Below are positions 48,790-61,030 of a DNA stretch of 64,000 bases, piece after piece. The translations under genes were made by a program, and so were the position numbers. The notes under the pieces were generated by a model. The model did not search any database, was not told where the DNA came from, and saw only the letters and a list, made by a program, of their open reading frames with translations. The first letter of the stretch is position 1, and each line of letters starts with the position of its first letter. Origin of the DNA: Octopus sinensis (Eukaryota); assembly GCF_006345805.1 (NCBI RefSeq), contig NC_042998.1:201686001-201750000 (forward strand), read 5' to 3'.

Positions 48790-49200
48790 CACCAATTTGG
48801 TGTTGGGGGATTGTTACGTAATGCTTTGTGAACTACCTCTCCATTGTAAATCTTACTTCTACTGTGCCTAAAATCCTCTTTCAGTCTCTGCGATATTTCC
48901 TGTTCCAGATTGACAATAGACTCTCCCTTCTCTTGGTTGGTGTTATTTGCTACACTTTTCTAGAAGCCAGCTCCATACAGCTATATATAATAGATATTCA
49001 CGTACGGCCTCTTGGTATTTTTGCGGAAGTTTTAAGGATAATGTTCTTGTTTGTGATTTTTCAAATCCTGAGCTGACAAAGATATTAACATGCGTGAGGG
49101 AAAAAACTCTAAATATATGGTTTAACAAGCTCAATAAAGGCGGTATTAATGGTGTTGGCTTCAATGTCGGTGGTACTAGTGGTGGGAATTTTGATGGTTG
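48790..49200 (-). pseudogene. Degenerate fragment of the ORF1/gag-like family
   Basis: RKYRRD*KRILGTVEVRFTM matches the family motif I.RG..(Y/F)G.VE..F also seen at about 51280 and 37540. Confidence 0.4.
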
Positions 49201-49510
49201 CGTTGATAATATTTGGGTGTTGCTGTTGCTGTTCAGTTTCCTATTTTGGTCATTTTCATCAGCTTAAGCTTCCTCTTCTTTACTTTTATCGTCATCGTCG
49301 TCATCAGCGATTTATTTGCTGCCATCACTGTTATTTAATGCATCTTTGGTGGTGCAAGTGGTTATGGGGTTAATAATGCTGCAGTTCGTCTTACCGCCAG
49401 TTCTTTCATTTTGCTGACGTTGTTGTTACAATTGCTCTTGCTTTGGCTTGGTTTTGTTGTACGTTTATTTCAGTGGCAGGTCATTGTTTTCTTTACTATT
49501 GTTGTTGCTG

Positions 49511-49884
49511 TGGAGGCACAATGGCCCAGTGGTTAGGGCAGTGGACTCGCGGTTTCGATTCCCAGACCGGGCGTTGTGAGTGTTTATTGAGCGAAAACAC
49601 CTAAAAGCTCCACGAGGCTCCGGCAGGGGATGGTGGTGATCCCTGCTGTACTATTTCACCACAACTTTCTCTCACTCTTACTTCCTGTTTCTGTTGTACC
49701 TGTATTTCAAAGGGCCGGCCTTGTCACTCTCTGTGTCACGCTGAATATCCCCGAGAACTACGTTAACGGTACACGTGTCTGTGGAGTGCTCAGCCACTTG
49801 CACGTTAATTTCACGAGCAGGCTGTTCCGTTGATTCGGATCAACCGGAACCCTCGTCGTCGTAACCGACGGAGTGCTTCCACCA
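49511..49884 (+). mobile_element. SINE head D plus tail 1 (small head deletion)
   Basis: Near-identical to the 47459 copy; deletion between CGCGGT-like repeats in the head. Confidence 0.9.
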
Positions 49885-50111
49885 CTTTAGAGATACAAAC
49901 AGAAGAACAACAACATTGATTCTCGTATTTTTAATACTTGTATTTGTTGAGGAAGAATCGAATTGGTATTATTTTTTGGGGGACCTGGAAGAAATTGACA
50001 GAAACATTATCATGTTATTAGACTTGTTAGATAATAAAGAAAATGTCATTATCATCATTATCATTATCGTTATGATTATTGTATAAAAGAAATCATCAGT
50101 GGCGTTATTAA

Positions 50112-50318
50112 GTCGGCGAGCTGGCAGAATCGTTAGTTCACGTGACGAAAGTTTTAGCGGTGTTTCACCCGTCGCTACATTCTGCAATCAAATTCTGCCG
50201 ACGTCGAATTTGCATTTCAACCTTTCGTGTTCGATTAAGTACCAGTTGAAGACTGGGGTTGATGAAATCGACACACCACTACCCCAAGACCAATACCTTT
50301 TTGGTAAAATTTGAAACC
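50112..50318 (+). mobile_element. Degenerate family E SINE
   Basis: Head GGCGAGCTGGCAGAATCGTTAG and central domain present. Confidence 0.65.
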
Positions 50319-51127
50319 ATTATCATTGATAGCATGTTGTCACCTTCATGTGACAGTCCCATAAAAGGAAAGAATGCTACTGTTATTTAGTCATAGGAAA
50401 CACCATTTCCTCTTGGACTTGGCATATTTCCTGTGTCCTTATGTTTGCAAAGTGGAGACAAGCACCTCCTTCCAGCAAAATCAGCAACCAGAGACTAGTT
50501 TCAGAATCGTTGCTCATCATCAGTAGCATGGCCTGCTAGGATAATTCTTTATTAGAGGCACAAGGCCTAAACACAATGGGGACATACACAGACATGCGGG
50601 AACAAAGAACACATGAAGGAATTAATGCAAAATTAATGAAATCATAATGAAAATGAGACGGCTGTCTCGGTCCCTCTCCGAGATGAGACCGTGATTTCCT
50701 TTTTCCTTTAAAACTTAACATTTTAAATAACAATTCCCAGCCCCGCTCTGAGGCGAAACCGCGAAGTCTTTTTGGTTTTGTTTTTTGTTTTTCTTTTCAT
50801 CTTACTATTTTAGAGAAAACTGTTAAACAAATGTTCCTTCAATAGTTACGGTATTTAATTATCAGACGTGTTTTTGATTTCCTTTTTTTTTCTATTGTTG
50901 GTTGAGTTGTTTTGTGCTGCTTTGTGACGGTTTTGCAGTATGACGCTGCCGTTATTTAGTGAGCGGTGCTGAGATGGAGAAAATGAAGCCATGTGCGACG
51001 GCGACGGGAATCGAACTTCCGTCATCCCAGGCCTGCTGAAGCAATACGAAATGCGCTGGAATGAAGACATGGCTAAGAAATTTGGAAAATAACTGGGGAT
51101 GGTACAGTAGAGGGGCCAAATATAAAG

Positions 51128-51391
51128 TTGACCCCATCAGAGGAAGAAAAGCCGAAAATGGAAACTGAGGTGGTGGAATATAGATCGTTTTCAAGGAGAA
51201 ATAAAAGAAGGGAGAGCGCAACGAAGGAGGATTTGGAGGAGTGTTTGAAGGAATTGAAAGATGTGTCGTTTTTACCAAGAGGCAAGACATACGCCTCTGT
51301 AGAGATCACATTTGTATCGGAGGAAGCAGCAAGGAAATACGCCAATAAGACCTCTCGGAATCTTACGATAAGGGGGCGAGATGGATGTTAA
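51128..51391 (+). pseudogene. Fragment of the ORF1/gag-like family
   Basis: ATKEDLEECLKELKDVSFLPRGKTYASVEITFVSEEAARKYA, similar by eye to the 37500-37650 and 48790-48960 segments. Confidence 0.45.
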
Positions 51392-51846
51392 TGGAAAAAG
51401 ATAAGTATAGAAAGTTAAAAGAGGCTTTCCCATCAGATATTAACCCACTGGTGCCCGAGGTGAATTTTGAACCCAGCACTTCAGTGGTGAAATATGAGGG
51501 AATTTAGAACTATATAAAATGGTGAGTAGAATATTATTTTGTAAAGAACTGTTAAGATAATTTTGAAAATTTGTCATCGGAGCATTGGGTTCAATACAAG
51601 CCAAACTGAAAATAAATCGGAAACCATTAGAAATGCCCTACAATCTAGATGTATTGCAAAAGTCATCATTACTTGGAACTGAAGGCATATTGCGTAAAGT
51701 ACGGTTTATCCGAGGTCCCTGTTGTTACTTGACAGACAGTACAAACCCCCGGTACACACAATATCTTCAACCAACCTCACGATATTTTAAACTGTACGAC
51801 GACTATAATAATAAATGTAATAATAATGCGAGTTTGCAAACTCGCA

Positions 51847-52060
51847 AGCACGCCGAATAAAATGCTTAGCGGTAATTTGTCTGTCTTCACGTTCTGTTTT
51901 GAATTTCCGCCGAGATCGACTTTCCCTTTCATATTTTCGAGGTCGATTATATAAGAACCAGTTACGGTCGATGCAATCGACTTCCTGCCTCCCATTAAAT
52001 TTTCATGACTTGTGCGTATAGTAGAAAAGGATTATTATTATTATCATTATTATTATTATT
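51847..52060 (+). mobile_element. Degenerate family E2 SINE with (ATT)n tail
   Basis: Central domain and tail GTGCGTATAGTAGAAAAGG followed by (ATT)n at 52031-52060. Confidence 0.7.
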
Positions 52061-52609
52061 GAGTGAGAGAGCAGTTCATGCCACCAAAGTGACACTGGGG
52101 TGAAATATACGAAGCCCAATATACCCATCATGACTACCCGTCTGATAAAGGTACACCAGGCACATGCATCACAACCATATGTGCGCGACATGGTGATCTC
52201 TTATCAAGATAAACAGCAGATGACCTTGCAGGTGGAGCCCAGTTAGAATTTTCTTCAGATCGAGTAACCCATCCCGCTCAAAAGGTCCCTGAATAAGGGT
52301 TATTTAAGGACGTTGAACGAAACACCCATGTTTCCAGAACTATTCAAACCCCAAAGAATCCCTCTCAACACATGGCTATGATGCTCCCCCACTACTTCTG
52401 CTCGTGATCAGAGATGCACATATCGTCAGCCACTAAGGGACATGTTCAACTGGTTAAGGTCAAACAACTGACAAGCAAATCTGTGGTATTGAGCAGAATA
52501 TTTGCTGTAGCCCATCTTTTATACCAAGACAAAACAATGTACATGATAACACTTGCAATCAGTTAAGATCAGAAGCCATGAGAGCCACTGCCTGGTACTG
52601 CATCAGGGC

Positions 52610-52612
<3 letters not shown>
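52061..52612. mobile_element. About 550-bp unclassified non-coding element embedded in (ATT)n
   Basis: GC-richer discrete block bounded on both sides by (ATT)n; no tRNA head, TIR or ORF recognised. Confidence 0.55.
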
Positions 52613-52701
<89 letters not shown>

Positions 52702-52711
52702 CATTATTATT
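52613..52711. repeat. (ATT)n microsatellite
   Basis: Direct inspection. Confidence 0.95.
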
Positions 52712-53640
52712 GCATTTGCACAGTTTCTAACGCTGGAGATGTACTACAATGGCAGATGTTCACTACCAGTGAACTAAGATAACACATCTTGTCTATCGAG
52801 CACTTTCTGGAGTATTCGAGCAGTTCTAAGCAGTGCTGATTTCTGCAAGTGCTTCAGCTTATTGCAGCCTCTATTTCTTCCGCGTACTTCTCGAGGATTT
52901 TGCTAATTGCTTCCAGGGATGCAACAATTACTGTCACTACTGCTAACTCTTTCATCGATCACAACTACTTAATTTTCCAAGCTAACCTGTCACATCTATC
53001 GACTTTTCTTTCTTCCTTATCGCATAACTTGTTGTCAGATGGGTATACTATATCTATGATCCAGCAAAGTTTGTGTTCTTCCTCAATTAAGACTATGCCT
53101 GGCTTCTTATTCTCTATCTCATAGTCGTATTGAATCATAAAATCCAATATGACCTTTGCATTTCTAGTTTCGATGAGGCCTTCAGGTTTGTGGTCGTACC
53201 AATTTTTTGCTCTGTCAAATCCATACTTGTTGCAAATTGTTCAAGGGACAAGCCTGGATATATTGCCGTGGTGTCTCTTATATTCCTTCTGAGCTAGTGG
53301 CGTACATTGGCTGATAATATGCCATACAGTTTCACCGTTTTGTCCGCAGATTCTGCACTTATCACTTTCTGCTGTGTTGTCTATTCTGTATTTAATGTAG
53401 TTTGTTCTTAGTGCTTGTGCTTGCTCTTGGGAGCACAGATTAGAGCCTCGGATTCCGGTTTTAAATCACATTGAGTCATCCACAGACATCTTTGTTTCTC
53501 ATCAACAACAACATCATCAGTAAGGTGGTGAACTGGAAGAATCGTCACTGTGCTGAGCAAATTCTGAATGGTGTTCCTCTTTAATTTCTGAGTAGAACTA
53601 AGCACCAATCAAGTACATCGCTCGATGAAAAGTGTCTATC
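52712..53640 (-). mobile_element. 5'-truncated R4/Dong-clade non-LTR retrotransposon (CCHC finger plus restriction-like endonuclease)
   Basis: LKPESEALICA, KCRICGQNGETVWHIISQCTPLAQKEYKRRH, DFMIQYDYEIENKKPGIVLI...IIDIVYPSD and LQKSALLRTARILQKVL; 3' end followed by (TAA)n. Confidence 0.88.
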
Positions 53641-53924
53641 CCATGCCCATACATGGCAGGTGTTGTGCTTATATTATTAGAAAGGTATATTTCAACTATT
53701 ATTAAATGTACATGTAATTTCTTTTACATACAAATTTTCTTGTACTAATCAATGCGGACGGTTAACATCACTTTCATTATATATAAATGTCAACTTAATC
53801 CACAGTTGGTACTCTCGAATTCTTCAGTTTTCCTTTTTTTATGCCTTTTCGCTAATTTTTAAATCTTATCATCTGCCATTATTTACGTGTATAACAACTT
53901 TTTACTGCAGCAACAGATTTGGAT

Positions 53925-54187
53925 CTGGAGGCGCGTGGCTTAGTGGTTAGGGTGTCAGCATCGTGATCGTAAGATTGTGGTTTCGATTCCTGGACCGGGC
54001 GACGTTTTGTGTTCTTGAGCAAAACACTTCATTTCTATTTGCTCCTTTCCACTCAGCTGGCACAAATGAGTAACGCTGCGATGGACCGGCGTCCCGTCCA
54101 ACTGGGGAACACAAACGCCACTGAAACCGGGAAACCGGGCCCATGAGCCTAAGTAGGCTTTAAAAGGGGCATTTATTTTTATTTATT
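53925..54187 (+). mobile_element. SINE head C plus tail 3, with 13-bp TSD
   Basis: TSD AACAGATTTGGAT at 53912-53924 and 54188-54200; tail differs from the 5755 copy after GAGT. Confidence 0.9.
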
Positions 54188-56244
54188 AACAGATTTGGAT
54201 TATGAAATTAATGAAAATGAAAGTAATTTTTTGTGTATTTTCAAATATGAGGATGAAATAGGGTAAAATATTTGTTGCTATCCGAAACCTAACCTTAACA
54301 TTATACTTTCTATTGTTTATACCAAAGGAAGAATTACGTAGCAGCAAAGAAAATACAAAATATTTTGAATATGTACGTATTATAGTACGCACGGTCAAGG
54401 AAAAACAAAAATACTTCGATGAAATTACTCCAAAATTATTTCTTTTTACTTAGTCTTCTATATCAACACTGATGTTATGCGAAGGTTTAGTAAATATATC
54501 TGATATAATAGACTCTTCCTTTTAGCGCAGCTTATTTTCTTTTCCGTGTATTAGAACGCATCACTTATAATATTATATAATAAAAATGTCGAATGAGTGA
54601 AGTCTGTACGACCTCAGTTATATTGCTATTTGTTATCTGATTTTATTTCCTTCCCTCGGAGTTCAACTCACTTAAGACAACTTTTTTTCCATTCAAGGAT
54701 TAGCGTAAGTCTAGGAAGAAGCACGAGATGCCTTGAAACATGTTTTGAATGTATGTGTTCTAATTTCTGAACCTACACTATGTCATTGGAAAATACATGG
54801 GATATTCCTTAAACAATTACTTCAACTGCTGAATGAATGTAGTGGCAGTTGTAGCAGCAGCAGTAATAGTGGTAGTAGTAGTAGTGGAAGTTGTAGCAGC
54901 AGCAGCAACAGTATTATTAGTAGTAGCAGTAGTAGTAGTAAAAGTGGCGGTGGAACGTTATGTCAACGGAAATCCTGGTCTTATCCCAGGCCATAAATTT
55001 CGTCGACTCGATCGGTTGGTCATTTTTTTTATTACTGAAGTTTATTTTGTATTCATATATATGTTTTTTTCCGAAATAATATCAACACCATACTTCTAAT
55101 AGGTAATTTTCAGCACTATATAGCACTATATAGAAGCTGTATGTTTTGAATAACTGTGTAAAAAAGTAAACAATGGAAAAATCATGTGTAATGTTATTTG
55201 AAAACATGACTGCTATGAATAAAATACTGATACGTATCTTTTTCAGTCGTTATCGTAATGTTAAGTGTATTAAATAAAACATTATTAAGTTGGTTTATGA
55301 ATGAGTTATGATTCTCCTGAGAGTATAATTACATTAAATAACATCGCTTGCCGAGAACAAAAAAGAAAATCAGCAACAAGGTAAAATACATGAAGTAAAA
55401 ATATTGAAGAAAATGTATGCTTTCTTGTTTGCACAGCAATATCTGTTGTCAAACTTGAGCAGACATTCCGAAAGAAAAATGGAAGCTACAAGATGGTTGG
55501 AGAAGAGAAGATATTTTTCTTTTACATTTTATACGTAATGTTCGACGTTTTTTTTTTTTTTGTTTTATAAATCTGAGAAAGAGATAAATATCCAACAGTT
55601 AACTCCGATGTCTCTAATGTCAATAGAATAAGACACATATTTAGTGTACTGGAGATAGTTTATTTCACGAATGTAATTCTTATTAGTTGCACGCTTAAAG
55701 ATAAAATCCTCCTAAATCATAACAGAAGATGAAGTACAAATGTGGAAACATGCACATGCAAACACCTGCAGACACACAGACGCACATATACACTTATATA
55801 AAATGTGTATGTAAGTGTGAATGTGCGCGTTAAGAGCTTGCGTAATTTAACATAAAATATACAAGGCGCTATTTCGTTCATACTGTCATAAGAATTCTCA
55901 GTGCGTGTTGAATTTTTTTCTTTGTAACTAATGCATGATCAGTCTTTTATGACGTTTGGTATAACACCACGTAATGTTTGAGTTACTATATATGTGTGTA
56001 TATGCGTGCCCGTGTTTACTTATATATGTATGTGTATATTTATATATTATTTCATAGTGTATTATATATATATATATGGTGGCACCTGTTTCTCCTGCCA
56101 GCTAGTTTTGCAGTATGTAATAAAATGTGTACAAATTTGACTGGGCTTAAAAGTCATCTAAAGGCATCACATGGCCTGAATAATGAATCATTTCAGTAAC
56201 ACTTCATGGCAATGGCTTTTCTCGTGTAACGAAAGTGCAGCTAT

Positions 56245-57190
56245 GATATATATATATTTATACAAGATAAGAAAATGGAGAAATACATCTAAATCAAATA
56301 TCAATTACCAGATAATACTCAATAACATACTTTATTAAACCACCACATAAGAGACTGTAGGGTTAAATATAAAAAGCAGAACAAATCAGTGTACATAAAG
56401 GAATGTACATAAAAAAGTGTACATAAAAGAGTAATGCTGTATAATAAGTAGAATATATATAAAAGAGAATATAAATATAAGTAAATATAAATATAACTAT
56501 AGATTACATCTTACAGTTGTTTCGGCCATGTAGATAAGTATGTCTCATTTTACCAATATTAGCCATTTATGGTTGGTCAATATATAGATATAAATGAGAC
56601 ATTTACAAAAATATCATAAGGCCTCTTCCGAGATTATGTAATATAACTCAGTCTACATATATACCCACAGGGGTGTGGGTGCATACCCACAATACAACAT
56701 ATACATATGAGTGCATATACTCACACTCTAATATAAAAATATACATTTACATAATGATATAAATAAATAATATAAATTAGTAAACACATATATGTGTTCC
56801 GCATTAAGTTTTTCGACTTAATATTGTGATAATAAACATACACAAATTAGTACCTAGATGCAAATATACATAGTCAATAGTACATTATATTACTTCATAA
56901 TAATTTCTAAAGTGACATTAAAGTTAGCATCATTATCGTTGTCAATACCATTAATGTTATCATTATTATCATTCATAATATTAATAACGCTTACATATAA
57001 ATATATATATATATATGACAAAAATACGTATTGAGAAAACGATATCTCTGATTGTAGAATATGCCGTATAAAGCCGCCGATCGTTTCTGTTGAATTGACG
57101 TGTTTAGATACAACAATAGCATTCAAATTAATATATCAATAAAAAATGTCAACGTTTTCAAGGCGATCCAAACTTAATTAAATTCAAATG
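56245..57190 (-). mobile_element. Putative Penelope-like non-coding remnant
   Basis: Carries an HHR motif (56505-56640); its 3' end is homologous to the inverted repeat at 24968-25132. Boundaries approximate. Confidence 0.45.
56505..56640 (-). ncRNA. Degenerate type-I hammerhead with long helix II
   Basis: Minus strand: TACATAATCT-CGGAAGA-GGCC...(inner ATGTCTCATTT/AAATGAGACAT stem)...GGCC-GAAAC-AACT-GTA-AGATGTA. One core substitution (U4 to G); helix III is one base from the palindrome ACAGCTGT. Confidence 0.6.
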
Positions 57191-57238
57191 AACTAAATAA
57201 AATATTCCCAGTAATTTGAAACCCCTTTTTTCTTCTCA

Positions 57239-57303
<65 letters not shown>
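57239..57303. repeat. (TCTA)n microsatellite at the Tx1 5' junction
   Basis: About 16 perfect units. Confidence 0.95.
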
Positions 57304-60154
57304 CGACGTTTTGGCGGCGAGGTTGGCCCTCGACCAACGCTTCAACGCCAAACACGAAGGATGTGCTGTCAGAGCTAGGATGCGTGCTCTAAGGAACGAA
57401 GGTGTTGGAGCCGCGAGAGAGGCCCGGGTGGCAGAGGCGCAACAGGGCAACAAAGCCACCATTCGGTCACTGGTAGATGAACAGGGGCGCGAATTGCTCG
57501 AGCCAAGTAAAATGTGTGAGGCCTTTCAGCAGCATTTTGCCCGACTGTTCGGAACGAGTGGAGGGCAAGAACGTAGGGTGGACTTCAGTGCCTACCTACA
57601 TAGCCTACCACGACTCTCGACAAGAAAGGCAGGGTGCTGCGAAGGTGCCATCACGGCGGCGGAAGTGCGGGAAGCGATGGCAGAATGCTCGAGGGACAAA
57701 TCACCGGGTTTGGATGGTCTACCCTACGAGCTTTACAATTGTATGCCAGACTTGTTTGGAGATCTCTTGGCGGCGGTGTACTGCAACTGGCAGCAAAACG
57801 GAGCATTCCTGGTTTTGTGAGCCGAGGAGCCGTAACACTGCTGAAGAAAGATCTAAACAAGGGAAATGTAATAGATAACTTTAGGCCCATCACTCTGCTT
57901 AATGCAGACTTGAAAATTTTGGCCAAGGTGCTAGCAAGAGGTTGGCGCTTGTCATCGAGAAACTGGTCGACAAGGCGCAAACATGCGCCGTGCCAGGCCG
58001 GACCATCCATGACAACCTCCATCTGATGCGCTACATCATAGACAGGGTAGTTAACGAACCTGGCATGGGTGGGGCCCTGATCAACTTGGATCAATCAAAA
58101 GCCTTTGATAGGGTAGACCATCGATACTTGGAGGCAGTCCTGAGAGCGGCTGGTTTCGGTCCCGTCTTCCGCGGCTGGATAGCTGCCTTGTACAGAGGCA
58201 TCCGTTCGGTAATTCGCGTAAATGGACATCTATCGAGACCTTTCGACATTGCACGTTCGGTCCGTCAGGGATGCCCCCTCTCGGCGCTTCTATACGTATT
58301 GACTCTTGAGCCACTACTGCGGAAGCTGGCGACTCTAAGGGGCATCCCGCGAGAATTGGGATGCGGGACGAGCGTGTCTGCATACGCGGACGACGTCACC
58401 GTCATAGTGTCTAGCCACGAGCACATCGAGCTGGTCGGCGAGACACTGAAAAACTACGAAGCGGTGACAGGAGCGAAAATCAACCGGGAAAAGTCAGTGG
58501 GCTTGCGACTAGGCACCTGGAGAAGCAAGCCCATGCCGTCCACCAGCGCCTCCGTCGTGGGACGCTGGACCGACGGCCCGGTTGAGTTGCTCGGGGTCTG
58601 GTTTGGTCCGGACCTCCAAGTGGAGAAGAACTGGAACGAGATAACGAGTAGGGTGGTCACTCTCGCCCGGCAATGGGCCGAGAGGAAACTGTCCCTAAAA
58701 GGTCGAGCGGAGGTGGCGAACACGTACATCGCGTCCGTCATCTACTACCGCCTGACCGTCGTACCTTGTCCCGACCCTACCATCACCAAACTACAACGCA
58801 TCCTCTTTCGCTTCTTGTGGAAAGGATGCGTCCCGATGGTCAGGCGATCCATTTGCTGTCAACACCCGTTAAAAGGAGGGCTGGGCATGCCGTGGTTGAT
58901 GATGCGCAGACACGCGCTGAGACTGCGACATCTCTGGCTCTATGTAGACGACGGTGAACAGGTGTGGTCGCCGTTTGTGAGGCACGCTTTCCGCAGCTCG
59001 TCTCCATGACCGAACTGCAGTCGTGGATCAAAAAGAGGCCGAGGAAGGGCGAATGGCACCGCGAGTGTCGCGTTGCTCTCAAGCAACTCTGCCGTCCTGG
59101 GTCGACCTTAAGTGACTTCAACACAACCAAAGCATTCTATAGGGGTTTAGTGGAGGGGAGGTACGACGACGAGCTCGGGGCGAACCTGGACGTCGACGAG
59201 GAGTACCTGACCCGCCTGTTCGGGACGACTTTCGGGCCAGGGCCCATGGACAACTTCCAGAGATCCCTGGCCTGGCAGTGCTACCGAGAAGCGCTACCCG
59301 TTCGGGATAAGCTCTACAGACACGGCTCGAGAAACACGGGGCCGACCTGCCCGAGATGCGGTCAGAGCGACGAAACCGTTCTGCACGCACTCGTTCAGTG
59401 TCCAACAATTTCCGACCTGTGGGCTTATGTCGAACAACTGCTGTCACGTGTGGGACGAGTCGGTTTATCAGCTGAGTCTATCGTCAATATTGTCACGCCT
59501 CCTTCCTTCAAACGGGAAGGAAGAGCTATTTTCATCATCCTTGTGGCTATGGCGAAAGAATGTATCTGGTGGACGCGTCTGAAAGGATTGGAGACAAACA
59601 CTTTCCTCTCTGGTCAATCTCTCATCAACTTCTTCAAGTAACCACTTGAAAAGGAAAGTGAGAGTAGAGAGGCAAGTTTTGTCTAGCGAATGTTTTAAAA
59701 AAAGATGGGTGAATGTAGCAAGAATGGCACGTATGAATGACGAAGCCACCTTGAGCATAGTCCTATGAACCCAGAAATCGAAAACAGAGAGTTGCTTATT
59801 TGCAAAAAAAAAAAAAAGAAATATAAAATGTGACTTCATTGACCGAGGTTACCGTGGTCTTTTCCGCAGGCTTTTCTTTCCACGGGTAAACCTCACCTGT
59901 CCTCCCCTTTACACTTCATATTGACATTTCTGTGATAACGATCCCTATTGATCATTTTTTTTTTCCTCTCCCCCCCCTTTTTTTTTTTTTTTTAACCCCC
60001 CTTATTTTTGTCCTCTTTCTCTCCTTTTACGATCCCTTTTGATCGAACCTCCCCCTTCCTTTTTTTTTTTTTTTTTTTTAATACCTTCAAAAGAAAAGCT
60101 CTACCTTGTAATTTGTTCTATCTGTGTGCAGCCCTGTGTGGCTAATAAAGAAAC
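57304..60154 (+). mobile_element. 5'-truncated Tx1-type (L1 clade) non-LTR retrotransposon
   Basis: ORF2 remnant, then a T-rich 3'UTR ending AATAAAGAAAC, followed by ATATCTATCT. Confidence 0.9.
57311..59768 (+). pseudogene. ORF2 reverse transcriptase plus zf-RVT, disrupted by about 4 frameshifts
   Basis: KSPGLDGLPYE, NFRPITLLNADLKILAK, LDQSKAFDRVDH, SVRQGCPLS, AYADDVTV and CPRCGQSDETVLHALVQC; frame changes near 57790, 57945, 58990 and 59640. Confidence 0.92.
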
Positions 60155-60166
60155 ATATCTATCTGC

Positions 60167-60237
<71 letters not shown>

Positions 60238-60390
60238 ATAAAATGGAGGAGTCCAGTGCAATCCATGGACAGGAGAGGTGCAGCTGAATTTCACGAGAGT
60301 AGAAAGTCGAGGTAAAGAATCCGTAAAAGTTCGTTGGGTGATGAGAGGAAACAGGATAAACTGCTGCGACCACGTGACCGTGTAATATAT

Positions 60391-60444
60391 GGGGAGAATT
60401 AACACCACCTGTCTTCATATTTTGTTTTTTTTGCCAATCCTCCC
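60391..60444 (+). repeat. Short family PB 3'-end fragment with a small inverted end
   Basis: CACCACCTGTCTTCATATTTTG..TCCTCCC matches 21472-21511, is preceded by its inverted terminus GGGGAGAATT and is followed by (TA)n. Confidence 0.5.
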
Positions 60445-60455
60445 TATATATATAT

Positions 60456-60516
<61 letters not shown>

Positions 60517-60518
60517 AT

Positions 60519-61030
60519 TGTTGTAGGAATTAGTAATAATGCTATACACTTCCGACGTGATGAATTGAATAGCCTAGTTACTATGAGACAAGTACGTGGA
60601 GTACAAGAGTACGTAGTAGGCTGCCCGAGATTGTTATGTCTTTACTGGGTTGACTAAGTATACTTTACACCAAAGTCACGATTAGGTTTTAAACACCTCG
60701 TAAAGAATTAATAAACTCAATGTGGATAAACCAATTCACCTGGAGTTATTAGAAATTGGAAGAGGATTTGATAAATTCACAAAGCTTGTGCACGAATTTT
60801 ACGAAAAATCATAAAAGTACGGAACACTTGTTGGCAAATTTGCTCGACTTGCAAAAACAGCAACAACATCAACAAAATCAGATACAACGGCAAATGCAAC
60901 AGCAGAAGCAACAACAAAAATAATATTAAAGCAACACATGCTGCAATTACTGAAATCATCAGAAAAGTCAGAAAAAGTGTTTTCGCCATAACAGTGTACA
61001 AATAGTTTTCGCACGTGGAGATATATGCCT
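60519..61030 (+). mobile_element. Degenerate Gypsy-type LTR, PBS-like site and gag N-terminus
   Basis: Starts TGTTGTAG; TTGGAAGAGGAT at 60756-60767 resembles a TTGGCGACGAGGAT primer-binding site; followed by Q-rich LLANLLDLQKQQQHQQ...QHMLQLLK..FSP*QCTNSFRTWRYMP, resembling gag N-termini. Confidence 0.5.

Noticed and set aside
52553-52777. ORF with poly-Tyr/poly-Ile
   Set aside because: It is a translation of the (ATT)n microsatellite.
56100-56199. C2H2-like motif CNKMCTNLTGLKSHLKASH
   Set aside because: It is a single incomplete finger lacking the first Cys, with no tandem linkers; more likely an RTE C-terminal remnant than a ZNF gene.
57477-59839. Long alternative-frame and antisense ORFs within the Tx1 element
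   Set aside because: They are expected by-products of GC-rich coding sequence on other frames and have no independent motifs.
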